Source of the DNA: Takakia lepidozioides
Taxonomy: Eukaryota > Plantae > Bryophyta
Assembly: GCA_030704615.1 (NCBI GenBank)
Contig: CM060734.1
Coordinates: forward strand, 47,306,001-47,370,000
Direction of reading: 5' to 3'
DNA: 64,000 bases
A program made the translations under genes and the position numbers. A model generated the notes under the pieces. The model worked only from the letters and a program-made list of their open reading frames with translations, had not been told where the DNA came from and did not search any database. Below are positions 35,431-49,829 of this stretch, piece after piece. How positions within the stretch are numbered: the stretch's first letter is position 1; each line of letters begins with the position of its first letter.

Positions 35431-38400
35431 TCTTACATTCCTCTTGTCTTATTCCAAGAATGGCCAAACACCGCCATTTACTTTATGTACAGATCCTTCA
35501 AGTCACAATGATTCTTGACTCAACAGGAACTATAAACCAATTCTAGAATTTGCACATGGTACTGGGACACACCCAGTCCTCCCAACCGCCACACCATGCA
35601 TCACTTCTGTATCGTCTCTCTTCCCTCTAGACACTGTTCACCATGGCCGTACATCTTCCCACTCTATACAGCCAACATCTACGAGCTCTCTCTTCTAAGA
35701 AGAAAAGAAAAACCAGGAGAAGAGAGTCCCTAATCTCCTCCCTGTACACTTCTCAGCCATCGTCATTTGAGCTTTTAGTCTTGATCAACGGAAGCTTGCC
35801 ACACACCACCCCACTGTTCAACGTGACTTCCCCATCACCTCCCCCATACAGCCGTCGACGATTGCTGAACTGTTCAACATCCTGCCAAGAGGTTTCGAGT
35901 TCACAGGTTATATTACCTCCCTCCTATAAGGGAGTATTGTCCTCAATATTGAACTGGGGAAAATTCTTGCGAAGATCATCTTCTCTCTCCCATGTAGATT
36001 CTTCTATAGGGTAATTCTTCCACTTAATCAAGAACTCATTCCAAGAACGAGATCTCAAGGTTTTCACCTCTACCTTAAGAATCTCTTCTGGGTTCTGCCA
36101 CAATTTCTCCTTCAGTTGTGACCTTCGGCAAGTCTAGGAGAACATGGTTGGGATCTGAAACATATTTCCTTAAGAGGCTCACATGAAATACGTCATGTAT
36201 CTTCCACCTAACAGACAGTTCCAGCTGGTAGGCGACTTTGCCAATCTTTTTGATAATCTTGAAAGGTCCACAGTACCTTGGGGAAAGCTTATAACACTTT
36301 CCCAGGCTCAACTGGCTCTTCTTAGGGATCACTTTAAAAAATACTTGATCTCCAATCTCAAATTCTCTAAAAGACCTTTTCTGATCAGCATAGGTCTTTG
36401 CCCTTTCTTGAGCTCTCCTCATGCTATCTTTCATTAAGTCCATCATCTTGTTGCATCCTTGCTATCATCTGATTGACACTTTCGACCTTAGTATTTGAAA
36501 CATGCCAAGATGCTAGTGTCAAGCAATCTTGCCCGTAAACAGCTTCAAATGGGCTTACCCCAATAGCTGTATGCATGTTCTTATTATAGGCAAACTCACA
36601 AAAATGCAAATATTGTTCCCAAGAGCTTTGCCTTTGCCCCACATACATTCGGAGCATGTCTTCTAAGGTTCTATTTGTCCTCTCTATCTGAGCATCAGAT
36701 TTTGGGTGGTAAGCACTGCTAAAACATAATCTGGTATTCAAAGCTTTGAACAAAGCAGTCCAAAATCCACTCGTAAACTTCGAATCCCTGTCAGACACAA
36801 TTTCTCTTGGCAAGCCATGCAGTCTGTATATCTCTTTTACAAAGAGATTAGCTGTGTCTATAGCAGTTGCACTCATCTTTGTGGGTATGAAATGCGCTTG
36901 TTTTGACAAGCGATCAACTACCAGATGGCATCATGTCCATTTCTTGTCTTAGGCAATGAGACAATGAAATCCATACTTATAGACTCCCACTTTGCCCTGG
37001 GCACATTCAGAGGTTGCAAATGTCCAGGAGTCTTGATCTGTTCTGTCTTGGTTACCTGACAAGGGTAACACCTTTCAACATATTCTCGTATGTTCTTCTT
37101 CATCCCAGCTATCCCAGGCCAGAAAAATTGTTTCCTAATTGCAAGATATGTTTTCTGAAAGCCAGGATGGCCTGCAATGGGTATGTTATGACAGTCGTAC
37201 ATAATCTTTAGTCTATAGTCTGCAACCTGAGGGATGCATAGACGCCCATCACAGTACAATAACCCATCCTTCAACAGATAAGCAAGATACTTGCCAATTT
37301 CATCAGGAGTCTTAACCCCACGAGACAGGCTTTCAAACGGGCCAGCGAAATATGCGTCTTTAGCATACTGACCTCTTATCTCTTCTATCACAGTGCTTCT
37401 TATCACTGAAATAGCAGTTGCCCACTTTTCTTCTGGACAATGCATCTGCCCACGTTCTCTTTCCCTTTCACATAATGCAATTCAAAGAAGAACTGCTGGA
37501 GGAACTCTACCCAACGACATTGTCTGCGATTGAGGTTGGGTTGTGTAGCTAGATACTTCAGGCTTTCATGGTCTGTCTCAATCTTAAATTCCCTTCCCAG
37601 CAGATAATGCCGCCAAACCTTTAAGGCATGTATGATGGCTAGCAATTCTTTTTCATGCACTGGGTGGTTCAGCTCTGCTGGGCTTAGTTTTCTCGACTCA
37701 TAAGCTATTACCTGTCCGTGTTGCATTAACACAGCTCCTATGGCCAGGTCACTCGCATCTGTGCAAAGTACTAGACCACTTGTCTTGTAATCCATTAATT
37801 TCAAGACAGGAGCATGTGTTAACATATCTTTAAGCTTTTCAAAGCTCTCATTACAATCCTCGGTCCAGGTAATCGCTCCTAAGCCTTTCAGCAGGCTAGT
37901 GAGAGGGGCTGCAATCTTGGAGAATGCCTTTATAAACCTTCTATAAAAGCTTGCAAGTCCTAAGAATGCTCTCACATCTGTTCTATCCTTCGGGACTGGC
38001 CATTCTGCCACAGTCTTTACCTTCTTGGGATCAACTAAAATGCCATCTTTTGACACTGTAAATCCCAAGTATTCCATCTGGGAAACAAAAAACTCACACT
38101 TGCTCTTCTTAGCATAGAGTTTATTCTCTCTCAAAATCTCAAGGACACTTTTCAAGTGTTCTATGTGTTCTTCTTCAGACTTGGAATAGATTAAAATGTC
38201 ATCCATGAAGACTAACACAAATTTCCCCAGATACTTTCTGAATAAGGTATTCATTAAGCACATGAAAGTGGCTGGTGTATTTGTGAGTCCAAAAGACATC
38301 ACTGTATATTCATAGTGGCTAAATCTAGTTCTGAAGGCCGTCTTAAACGTGTCCGAGTCTTTGACACGGATCTGATGGTATCCACTTCGTAGGTCTATCT

Positions 38401-41187
38401 TTGAAAATACTTGCGCATCATGCAAGTAATCAAATAAGTCATCTATCCTAGGAAGTGGAAACTTGTTCTTTACGGTTAGTTTATTCAACCATCTGTAGTC
38501 CGCACACAACCTTAAAGTCTCATCTTTCTTTTTCTTGAACAACACTGGTGCTCCCCAGGGAGACTTGCTAGGCTTGATATAACCTTTATCTAGCAAATCA
38601 GCCAGCTGTCTCTCCAATTCTTCATTCTCCACCAAAGAATGCCTATAAGGAATCCTAGAGGCAGGAACTGCTTCAGGAACCAACTCAATGGCATGATCTA
38701 CATCCCTTCCAGGAGGTAGTCCAGGCAGATCACTGGGAAACACATCTGAAAATTCAGATAGGACCTTATTTGCTCTGTTGAGATTGTTCAACTCCACTTC
38801 AATGCCTTCGTCATCATTCTTTTGAATGCTTACAAAGAACAGCTGACCGGCTGTCTTCCGTATGCATCACTTCATTTGAAGGGCTGACCACAAAGGAACA
38901 TTGGGTAGGGCTCTCGTACCTGTAAGCTTGAATCGCTTACCACCAGGCAACACCCCCTCCACTGAACAATTTCGGCATGCCACTTGAGCGTCCACAGCTG
39001 CCAGCCACTGCATTCCTAAGATGATGTCGTACCTTGCGCCATCCCAGACTTCAAAATCTACCTCTGTGGTGATCCCTTGCATTGTGACAGTGACCTCCAA
39101 ACTTCTTTTGTTGGTAGATCCTGCATCTCCATTGGGCAATAGAATGGTACTGGTGCCAACTTCCTTCAACTGCAGCTTGCACTTGTTTGCAAAATTTTGA
39201 GACAAGAAGTTATGGCTGCTTCCTGGGTCAATCAAAACAGTCGTGGTTTCTCTTCCCACCTGACCATTTAATCGTATGACTGTGGGATCATGGTCTATCT
39301 CTTTACCCATCACAGTCGTTGAGATCCTCAGTTGTTTACCTTTGCTCGTCCCAGGTGCATCCACATCCATTTTATCCCCAACCTCTTGCACAATCACAGC
39401 TGCAGCTGCGCGTTGTACGCGTTTGGGACACTCAAACGCCCGATGGCCTTTCTCATGACAGATAAAACACTGACCCAACCGTTGGTGTTCTTCCTGTTCC
39501 TTCTCTGATAGGTGTTTGGTCGCTAAGGCTCCAAACTTCTGATTACCCCTAGGCTCAGTCTTTGTTGTCTTCTTATTGAACCTTTTCCAGTTCTTTCTTT
39601 TCTGACCTCCACCAAAAGGGAATGACTTTGGCTTGAAATCCCTATCAGTAGGTGCACTTGCACCCAGATGTGCTCTGTGCTGGCTCTCAAAATTGATAGC
39701 TAGTCTATATGCATCAGCCTCTGTCTTCGGCTCATATGCCTAAACCAAAAATCTGATTGCTTTGTCTAGCCCAGTCAGGAAGAAATCCACCCTGTCAGAC
39801 TCCTTCAAGGAATAGAAGTATGAAGCGTGTTCGTCAAACTTCACCTTGTAGTCTGCCACACTCATTCTTCCCTGGCTAAGTTCCATCAAACCCATTTTCA
39901 TCCTGTGCGCATAGTCCTCTGGCAGGTACTGTTATTTGAAGACCCGTTTGAACTTAGCCCATGTGGTAATCAGGTCCACTCTCCCTTCCAGACCCGGCTT
40001 CTCTTTCATTCTAATCCACCATTCTTTAGATTTGCCTCTCATTTGCAATGAGGCTGTGCGGATCTTATCTGCATCCGTATAGTCCTCACTGAAGAACTCT
40101 TCCAGAGTCTCCAGAAAAGACAGCACCTCAGTGCAAGGTACATTTGGGCGACCGTGGAATTCAGGAAGATGTGTCATCTTCCTAATTTCCTTGTCAACCG
40201 TTCTTCTCTTAGAATCCCTTGCCATCATGGAGCGGCTATCCTGTGAGGAGGCACCTGAGGCAGAACCACCTCTAGCCTCTTTTCTTTTTGTCCTAGTTCT
40301 TACATGCAGATCATTATGGGGAGCACTTACTGGTTGGTCTACTGCTTGCTGGTCGGGTGGCACCACCGGTGGAGTTGGATTTCCTGTAGGTCTCTTGCCA
40401 ACAGCGGCTATGCCCTCCTTCACTCCACTAGCCATCGCCTCGCGAATGACCTGAGCTAGATCTCCCGCTTTCATAATGATAAGTTCTTCTGGTACAACAA
40501 TTTCTTGTGTTTTCTCAACTGCAGCCTGTGTATGGCTTGTCTCTCCTTCCATCGACTCTTGAGATGTGCTACAGCTACCTTTGGAGATAATATTCCACTG
40601 AAGCAACGAGCTTCCAGAGCCGAATGTCAATTGGCTCATAAACCACAATTCCCAAAAAGGTCGAAATATGCTCTGATACCAAGATCTTACATTCCTCTTG
40701 TCTTATTCCAAGAATGGCCAAACACCGCCATTTACTTTATGTACAGATCCTTCAAGTCACAATGATTCTTGACTCAACAAGAACTATAAACCAATTCTAG
40801 AATTTGCACATGGTACCGGGACACACTCAGTCCTCCCAACCGCCACACCATGCATCACTTATGTATCATCTCTCTTCCCTACTCGTAGACACTATTCACC
40901 ATGGCCGTAGATCTTCCCACTCTATACAGCCAACATCTACGAGCTCTCTCTTCTAAGAAGAAAAGAAAAACCAGGAGAAGAGAGTCCCTAATCTCCTCCC
41001 TGTACACTTCTCAGCCATCGTCATTTGAGCTTTTAGTCTTGATCAACAGAAGCTTGCCACCACATCGCCACCACCTGCTGTTCCACGTGACTTCCCCATC
41101 ACCTCTCCCAGACAGCCGTAGACGATTGCTGAACCGTTCAACATCCTGCCAAGCCTGTCGTAGGTTCGAGTTCACAGGGACGTTATA
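35431..41187 (-). mobile_element. Full-length Ty3/gypsy (chromovirus-type) LTR retrotransposon with frameshifts
   Basis: LTRs at 35431-~35911 and 40685-41187. 5-bp TSD GCTAC. PBS TGGTATCAGAGC (40670-40681) and PPT AGGAGGGAGG. CFICHEKGHRAFEC, LIDPGSSHNF, RT FMDD, RNase H TDAS, integrase SMDF/SDRD, GPF motif. Confidence 0.95.
37403..38797 (-). CDS. Gypsy reverse transcriptase-RNase H
   Basis: [38 protein letters not shown]. Confidence 0.9.
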   Translation of the reverse strand: MELNNLNRANKVLSEFSDVFPSDLPGLPPGRDVDHAIELVPEAVPASRIPYRHSLVENEELERQLADLLDKGYIKPSKSPWGAPVLFKKKKDETLRLCADYRWLNKLTVKNKFPLPRIDDLFDYLHDAQVFSKIDLRSGYHQIRVKDSDTFKTAFRTRFSHYEYTVMSFGLTNTPATFMCLMNTLFRKYLGKFVLVFMDDILIYSKSEEEHIEHLKSVLEILRENKLYAKKSKCEFFVSQMEYLGFTVSKDGILVDPKKVKTVAEWPVPKDRTDVRAFLGLASFYRRFIKAFSKIAAPLTSLLKGLGAITWTEDCNESFEKLKDMLTHAPVLKLMDYKTSGLVLCTDASDLAIGAVLMQHGQVIAYESRKLSPAELNHPVHEKELLAIIHALKVWRHYLLGREFKIETDHESLKYLATQPNLNRRQCRWVEFLQQFFFELHYVKGKENVGRCIVQKKSGQLLFQ

Positions 41188-42269
41188 GCTACCTCTAGCA
41201 GTGGGGGCATGTGGACAAGGGAACAGAAGAAAGAAAGAGCAGAGAGGATTGCCGAGTTGAAGAAGAGAACTCGCTGCAATAAGTGTCATCTGCCGGGACA
41301 TTAGGAAAAAGATTCTGAATGTCCATTAAATGGTGCAGCAAACACTGAGAAAGGATCTGTCAGTACAGCAAACGTGGCAGAAATCCTGAAGATAAGCGAT
41401 GTCTATGCTACAGAGAGCGTATTTGACATAGAAGCAGTGGGAGGAGTCCATCAAATGAGTCGTGCATATGTGACAAACAATGTTGCCAAACAAAGTACAC
41501 ATCTCGAGGATGATGCATGGTATTGTGACAGTGCTGCTTCTGAGCACATGACGAACAAAAGGTTTTGGTTCAAAAATCTTAGAAAGATTGAAGATAAGTG
41601 CTGGGGTGTACAAGTTGCTACAAATCTTGTAAGTATGGGCTGAAGGCATCAGAGACATTGAAGTTCTCTCACTGGTGAATGATGGTGAGTGGAGGAAAGG
41701 AACTATTAAAGATGTTCTTTACATCCCAGACCTCAGGAGAAACCTCTTTTCACTAGCAAAGCAGTTGATAACATGATTGCTCTTCTCAGCAAAACTACTT
41801 TTAAGCTTTTTGCAAATGAAGGACATGGAGCACTTGTCTTGGAAGGACACATGGAAGGAAATCTTTGGAAACTACGAGTCAAAGTAGTAGTTCCAAACAG
41901 TGAAGCAGATCTGGCTATGGAGACTGAAGCAAATCTGGCTGTAGCGAGAAGAGGAGTTTCTTTGAAGGTTTGGCATGACCGCCTGGGACATATCAGTGAA
42001 GGGATGATTAAAGAAATGGCAAAATCACAAGTAGTGGGAGGTCTGCTGATAAGTGATTCAGAGTCTCAACAATTCAAAGTCTCAACTTCCTTACTGCGAA
42101 GGCTGTGTGTTAGGAAAGATTCATCGCCAACCATTTCCGGTGAACCAAACCAGAAAAAGATCTCAGGTACTGGGAGAGTTCTATCATGCTGACGTGTGCA
42201 CGATGAACCTCAATTCTCTAGGAAGAGCAAGGCACTTTGTACTCTTCAAAGATGATCATAGCAGTTACA

Positions 42270-45200
42270 GCTGGTGGCCGGACTGCTATGAGTCTGTGCC
42301 ACCCTGCAATTGGTCTTTGAACACAGACGTGATATCACGGATAAGTACAATCGTGGCAAGTTGGAGCTGGCCTGGTTCATCTTCACCAACTCTGCTGTGG
42401 AATCAATCATCAAAGTGCAGGGACTGGCCGTAGTACTGCAACCAGTGAGCAGTCGATCTGTGTGCAACTTCTTTAGTGAGTCACGCGTTTGGACAGATGA
42501 AAGGCTCAGAAATTAGTCATCTTCACAACTTGTTTAGAATCCAGCTCAATCGCATAGTCGATATCTAGCTCAACTTAAGCAATTGGGGATAAGCGCAACT
42601 CGTTGCACATGTTGTAACACGAGATTCACAATTATGTTCCAGTCACATACTGGACATCAAGCCCAGCCTAAATTAATATACTCTCCACTATGCACACGTC
42701 GGAGCACCGACCAAGTGCATCAGGTTGTTGAATGATCAAGACGTTTGGAGAGAAAAGCTCACGCTGTCATCTTCACGTTTGCTTTGTGCACGTTGCTCCA
42801 ATGGGCCTGCACCGACCTGCAAGAGCATGCTCAGGGTGTAGATCAGCGTTTCTGATCCAACTGTGCCACCGACCATGCCACCAAATTGAGTATGAGTCAG
42901 GCAGCTAGAATTGCTCCAACTGAGCATCGACGATGCAGTGCACATCACATCGCCGTACTGTCATGTCTCCAACCATCGCTGGCGGATTGAGGCAGAGTAC
43001 ACGCGTTTGGAGGGAAAGGCTGAGGTTGTCACCTTCACCACTGCTCGCATGCCGCCCCTGCACGTCTCGGTAGTTATAGAGTCATCATCCGCCATCGATC
43101 GAGATCGAATCCCAGAACTCTCAGTCTCGCAGCCATGCCAGACTACAGTTTTGGTTTGAGTTTGTGAATGGGGTGGTTGAGTGGATCGATCGTGTATCCT
43201 TGATTTATGCGGATCGATCACACGGGTAGGGCTTTTTCTAAACTTGGACTTCAAAAAGATCTCAAGTGACATGCTGCAAATAACCCAACCGATGAAGATT
43301 AAACCCTAACCAGTAACCACTGTTCTTTTTGGGCTATGATATTTTGTTTCTACTCTTGGGGACACTGGGTCTTTTTGTAAAACGAGTCAAACCACTTCGG
43401 TCTTATTATAAAACTATGCGGGTGTTGTATTGTACAAGTGGTCCCTCCCAGTGTGAGGCCAGTTCCTTTTTGAGCCAACACATTAAAATAATAATAACAG
43501 GGAGACTCTGGAAAAGTAAAAATTCAACCTGTTAAGGAAAATCCATATTGTGATATTTAGTTTTATGGGTTTTGATCCACATAATTTAGTTACACCTAAT
43601 TACCATGATACATAAAGTTTCCTTCCACGTAATTATCATTCTGCTTAAGTAGCATTTGTATGTAGCAGATCGCAGATTGATCTGATTATTGCCTCAGAGT
43701 CAACATGGATGGTAGAATCCAACAACAGTTTGACTCTTCAAGTCCCTGATGTGGAGATGAACTTCAATTCCAGCAATTCTACTTATTGAGTTGGAAGGCC
43801 AAGTTCCCTAAAAGATTATGTGAATAAGCTGGAAAAGTGAAGAAGTATGTTTTGCTCCATTGAAAAACAGTTGGTCAACGTTAGATATATTTAACGCATC
43901 CAGCAATTCTACGGAGTCTACTGCTGAACGCAAAGCCCATTGAGGGGACAATGGGCGGCTGAAGGCACACATTGAACCCCTCCTCATGCACCTGCTCAAG
44001 TGCAAACCCATCTACTAAGACCTTCCTGCACGGAAGCCCGGCGGAAGTTAGTAGCTCCATAATTTAAGCTTTGCTTGCGCAAGGGGTCCATATATATATG
44101 ATCTACCAGACTTTAAGAAGATCCCAAGTGACACATTGCAAAAAGAACTGATTGAATAACTGTTAATGGCAATACATAACAGATCATACTAGCCTAGCTT
44201 ATATGTAGTTGTATATTATAAAAATTATTATGTTCAATTATCTTTAAATAATGAATATTTTTAAATAATGATCATATGAAAAATCCTCTCTTTATTTTTC
44301 CTCAGAGGTTGTAAATTTTTCCCCTGTAATTAGTAATTTGACAACGGCCTTCCATCCCTCTTCCTTATTAAGTAAAATAAAATAGACATCAATATATTAA
44401 CCCAGTCAAAAGTCCACATTATGCTTAACATTAAGTTTAAAATGTTGAAGTTGTTTCCTGGCAAGATCCAAACGTACTCCTTCTCAGTAAGGATGAAGGT
44501 AATATTGTCAATCATGGAATGTTGGGATTCTATGGGAACTTTTCTTTCATCTTTCAGAAGTTGTCCACCTATGTATTCTACCCAACACCCATATGCCAAA
44601 ATAATAAGCTGGCACATTTTTTAAAGGTGGCAATAGGACAGGTGGCATGTTTTGACGGGCCTGTGATGGTGGGATAGGAACCTGATATTCCACCACTGGC
44701 ACATATCCAGATTTTATTCCCTTTATACAACTAGGCCAGCATTTACTGCAGAGTCCTTTATCAGATGTTTAATACTAATCAACTATCATCGTGCAGTAGT
44801 AGACAATCAAACTACATGAACATCAAAACCTAGCAGAGACTACCAAGCATGAATATCAAAACCCTGCAGAGACTACCAAGCATAAACACCTAACGTAAGA
44901 ATCAAGAAGCATCGAAACCAATCAAAGAAGACACTAAGCAGTAGCACAAATGAATAGTAACTTGTCGCTAAACCTAATGAAGTATTTAACTACAAGCTAT
45001 ACTAAACGTAATGTAGTGTTTAACTATAAGCTGTACTGTAAATGTCCAATAAGAACAATGAGCTAGGGAGTTACACACTGGTGTCGGTGCATCTATGCAA
45101 AGCGTACCAAGGTACAAGTTACCAGTGGCTAGTTATCGTTAATTACATGTGCAACGAGATGCAATGTTCAGCTATAAAAGAGCTCACTTGTTGCAGGATC

Positions 45201-47215
45201 CCTCAAACACTTACGGCTTGCCCGCTTTGTGGGCAAGCGACGATGAACTTCGACACTTCTAGCTCCAAACTCTTGTGCCCGGAACATTTGCTCGGTCTTT
45301 GTATCCTCTCAAGGGTCAGAGGAACCCTCAAAACTGTTCAGTGACCATACGCAAAGCACGTAGATGACAAGTTACATCCCAGAATTAAGGAAATCCATGC
45401 TGAGCTGAGAAGATTGTCTGGGACTAATTGTGATATGGAAAGGAGTCTACAGCGGATATAGGTTGGGGAGCATTCTTGCCAGTTCATGAGGCACGGGACT
45501 GTCAGGACTGGCACTTGCACAAGGTCGAACACGTCACAAACCACCTTCTTCTGGTCACGGCGATATAGCACATTGCGCGCTGTTAATTGCAGGGGGCCTT
45601 TCTTATCTCCACCACCATGACTTGAGGTACATAATTCACAGGTGAACTCGATCTGTGACTTAAACTGTTGTCAACTGTCAAGCCGGAGCACTGGTTTAAA
45701 CAACATTTTGGTGGAGCCCTTTGCTTGCATTTTCTATGTGCATTGACCCTTCCAAGGGATGGTGTTAGAACATGTTGCTCAAAGGTAATTTAAAAATGCA
45801 TGCATATCCGTGCGAATTGGGCCTTTGGTGCTGAATGACAGGAATGGGGGTTGTGACATGAGTGTGCCGTGTGGAGGTGACTTTGGATGCAGTTTGCGAA
45901 AGAAGGGAGTAGGCTTTATAGGTTAATTGCCTTTGGCCAACTTAAGAATGGTGAAATTCAAATCTTTTAGTCTTATAGCACAGTTGGATGATTTCTGCAT
46001 AAGAAGGTCTACTGTGGCAAGATCACACCAAGTACAGTTCAACATATACTGTATATCCTCTCTCTTGTAAGGTGCTTAGTTTTACAGTAATGTGTTTGAA
46101 GGGTTGAGCTAATGTCATGTACTTGGTAACAGGATGATGTTAACAGGATCATGCATGTTTGTGTTGTATTACAGATGAGGATTTGATAGGGCAGTAACAC
46201 CTGTAGCTCCTTCAAGAAGGAGGGCAGCTGGATCATATGGTGGTTGAGTGTTATTCTGGTATGGCTCAGGTGTGCAATAGCCTCATGCTCTTACCAGTGA
46301 TGAATCAGTAAGACTTTCAGTACAGGGGTTTTAATGTGTTTTGTCTGTCAACTATGTTTCCCTTCTTATCAATTCGGTCTCCATCTTCTCTCACCATGTC
46401 TGCTGACTTTTGAGAACGGCCCTAGGAGATTCAAGTTTGGAATATCTGAGATTGGTGAGTTTAGACTGATGAATAATCAGCATGCCAAAGGCTCTGAAGA
46501 ATGTAGCTAGTATGTTTGTTAGTATGTGCTAGGTTAGGCAAGCTTCATATTTGGCAAATTCTCTCGGGCATGTTCTAGGTAGTGATTACCTACGTGAAGA
46601 TTTGTGACTGAAGGAATGAGTTGTTGGTTGTCAAGTTTCTCTAATGCTGCAAAGGAAAGCAGAAGCACACAGATAGTGAAGAAATTGCAGATCTCCATTC
46701 AGACCTAAAATAGCTTTGGAGTTGGACAAGAGTGCAGGAAGGTGCAATTGCTCGACAAGTACAGCGGAAGGATCGACCACTCAACAGAATGAAGAAACCT
46801 ATCTAGGTCTACGGTTAACACATTTATCAATGCTTATGGCAAAGCCTAGAGATTGGGTAAACTGCAAAACTGTAGGGGTCTAGTGGTCACGCATGGTAGG
46901 TAGCAATTGAGCGCCCTAGCTGTTGCGTACCCTTTAGAACTGGATGGAAGCAATTTGCCACTGATAACGACTTGAAGATGGAAGATGTGACACCTCGACT
47001 TCGACTTTCTCCCTTGCGGCATGGGGCTATTGTTGAGTTGTGAGGGCGCTCATCTTTTGCACACCAGTTTTTATGTCGAACAGCTTGACTAAAACTCCGA
47101 CTATCTAATCGGCGGGAACACATGAAGATTATCTTCCATCTCCATGTGGTTGTCAGGAGCAAGTCCCCTCCAGCCCCCTTTGAAGGCTACTCAATGTGTC
47201 ATGGTGTCCAGTTAC
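42270..47215. repeat. Copy 2 (left part) of the duplicated mosaic unit, including a PPR E+/DYW-like fragment near 45355-45425
   Basis: Blocks match 23885-25350, 27160-27780 and 28720-30630. HVDDKLHPRIKEIHAELRRLSG is read near 45357. Confidence 0.75.
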
Positions 47216-49337
47216 AGGTCCTGTAGTGTGAATGCAGGGGAGTGACGTTACATTTTGTGTTACATTTTGTTTTACCGTTAAGACCCTGCATCACTACAAC
47301 GGGAGTGCCCGTTGTACAACTGCAGGAGGGATATATCCCTGCATACAGGTAATTTCATGGGCATACTGCTTATGCTTTGCCAGGATAAAAATGGCTAAGT
47401 CATGACCATGCGTATTTTCATCCGTAGGATGAACGTTTTCATCCCAGGTGTTTAACCTAGAAACGCGGGTTGAGGAAAACAAAGAGGAAGATGACGGGCA
47501 ACTCTTAGCAGCTGCTGCGAGCAGTGGGGTTGGCAGGGCCGTCTGTTTTTGGGAGGTTGTACCTACGCTATGGGACTCTGCTTGGTATTCTGTGTAAAGG
47601 GAAGCGGTGCCGCTTTTCTCGTAGTGATGATCAATTCCTGGAGTAGGAGCATGTAAGAAGAGCGGCGCACCACCGCTGTCGCCATTGCCTTGAAGAAAAC
47701 AGTTATGGGCAGATGAGCAAGCAAGGAAAACGGCCAGCTACCGGAAGCACAAGGAAGTGAGTTGTGGGCACAATCAATGGAGGGGATGAGGCATGTGAAG
47801 TGCTGGCTGGATGGCAACTCAGGTTATCTGTAATCAAAGCTTATAGCTGTTTTTGTGTCTTCTTACTATAGGACCATGTCAATTCTTAGGGAAGAATTGC
47901 ACGCATAGAAGGATAGAGTATTTAGTTGGTAAGCCACAGGATGTTCCATAGGATGAAGAGGAGCCATCATGGCATGATAAATACTGGAATCAAGACAAGG
48001 AGAATAGGTTGAAGTGGCTGCTGACAGGCGATGGTGAGGTGCCATCTTGGCAGGCAGATCCACCGCTTCGCTGGAGGATAAAACAGATAAGTTCGTAGAC
48101 TGTGGGCTTCGGGTGGTGACTTAGAAATCGTTTTGGTGTGGATTTAGGACTGGCTCTTGGTAGAGGATAAAGAGGTAGAGATATGTGATGGAGGAAAAAG
48201 GTTTTGGAAATGGAATGGAGACTCTGGACTTCAAACCAGGATAGGGAAAGGATGCACTACAACAAATTGCGGCTTTTACGTCTCTGTGTTATGACTGCAA
48301 ATGCAGTCATGGAAGCCATTTACGACTTCCTGACTCTGCAGACGTAAAGACCTAGTCAGTTGTGACATGGCAGATATGACTCTCCAGGCTGGCTGTCACA
48401 TGGCGCCAGAGCAGCTGTGGGGGTAGTCATACACGCTGGCTTTACTGAATGACTGAACGGACAGTGTAGTCCATGTCAGCGGCTGTGCAAGAGTGGCACG
48501 TGCTCGATGCAGGAAATGACACGTGGCAGAGTGTTTAGCTCTCCATGACTGCGAACTATGACTACGGGTATGCTAATCCGGTTGCAACACGTGGCGCGTT
48601 GCAGTTTTTACACGTGGTCCATCAGCAGATTGACATGTGTCATGATGGGTGTTTTTTTGGGGTGTATTGCTATTTTTTTACATATTTGTATTTCTGCCAC
48701 GTGGTGTAGTACTATTGGAGAGTGAAAATAGATGTAGTCATTATTATGACTATGATAGCAGTCATGTACATGTCTAATACAACAATGAAATATAATATAT
48801 AATACAAAGAGAACAAGGCAGCAAGACATAACTGCAACAAGCTGAGCAAAACCAAGAGATTACCTATTTTTTGACACTTTCCTGTTGTCACATTGGCAGT
48901 ATCATGTCAAAGTCACTCCAAACTAGATTCACTCAACCAGCTAACTTGCAGAATTGAACATGTAAATTTAGGGCCGATTATGATAAGAGGGAAAAACAGG
49001 GTGAAATGTGTTGAAGAAGATGCCTTCATTAGCAGTGCCTGATTTTATCACTTGTGCCGCTGCTCCCAGTTGACCATCTACCCATGCAGGTTTCTTGTAG
49101 CTATTGATCCACAGGGAATCACAGGTAATCTTGTGCTTGAAATCTGGCCTTCTTGGATGAATCTGGACCCACACGAAATCCCTGCTCCTTCAGCTATCCA
49201 TGCCTCTGCACAAATCATGCATACATCCTCGCCTTGCTGCTAGCAGCTGACAATGACAGCCTAGAATTGTCAAAGCAAACACTAGCAGGGAAAACAGGGT
49301 GAAATATGTTGAAGAAGGTACCTTCATCCTTTTCTCA

Positions 49338-49829
49338 TCATTTGCTTTCAGGTGTCCAAAGCCCCATCCCGCGCTCCTGCTCTGCACACCCTTCAAGCAT
49401 CGCATTCCACGACACCACATCTAGTTCAGCCATAGTGTTGAACACTCCCTTGGCATCCTCAATGCTCCCACATTTAGCATACATGGCCACCAGAGCCATG
49501 TTCAGGATGACATCTGGTACAATTGCAGATTTGATGATGTCACCAGGGATCTCTTTGCCCTTTTCCAGGGCTGCAGACGCACTGCAAACGCACACAAACG
49601 TTATGTCGGCGGCCTTCACCCCTTCCCCCATCATTTTCTCAAAGGTTGGAGCCTCCATCCCGCACCCCAGCTGTGCATACCCAGCAAGCATCGCACTCCA
49701 CGACACCACATCTCGTTCAGCCACAGTGTTGAACACTCCCTTTGCATCCTCAATGCACCCACAATTGGCGTACATGTCCACCAGGGCAGGGGCAGTGTTC
49801 AAAAGGACATGTGGTAATTTGACAGGCAT
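49338..49829 (-). pseudogene. Captured PLS-class PPR gene fragment
   Basis: ALVDMYANCGCIEDAKGVF...RDVVSWSAMLAGYAQLG, DITFVCV, ALVAMYAKCGSIEDA. Confidence 0.9.

Larger units (their letters stand above)
34370..42270 (+). mobile_element. Ty1/copia element (5' LTR, gag, protease, truncated integrase), interrupted by a gypsy
   Basis: LTR TGTTGA..TCAACA at 34370-34696 and PBS AGTTATGGGCCCA. gag EKFTGDNFSLWKFQM; CNKCHLPGH knuckle resumes after 41192; WYCDSAASEHM; WHDRLGH; CEGCVLGK; truncated at FKDDHSSY. Confidence 0.9.
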
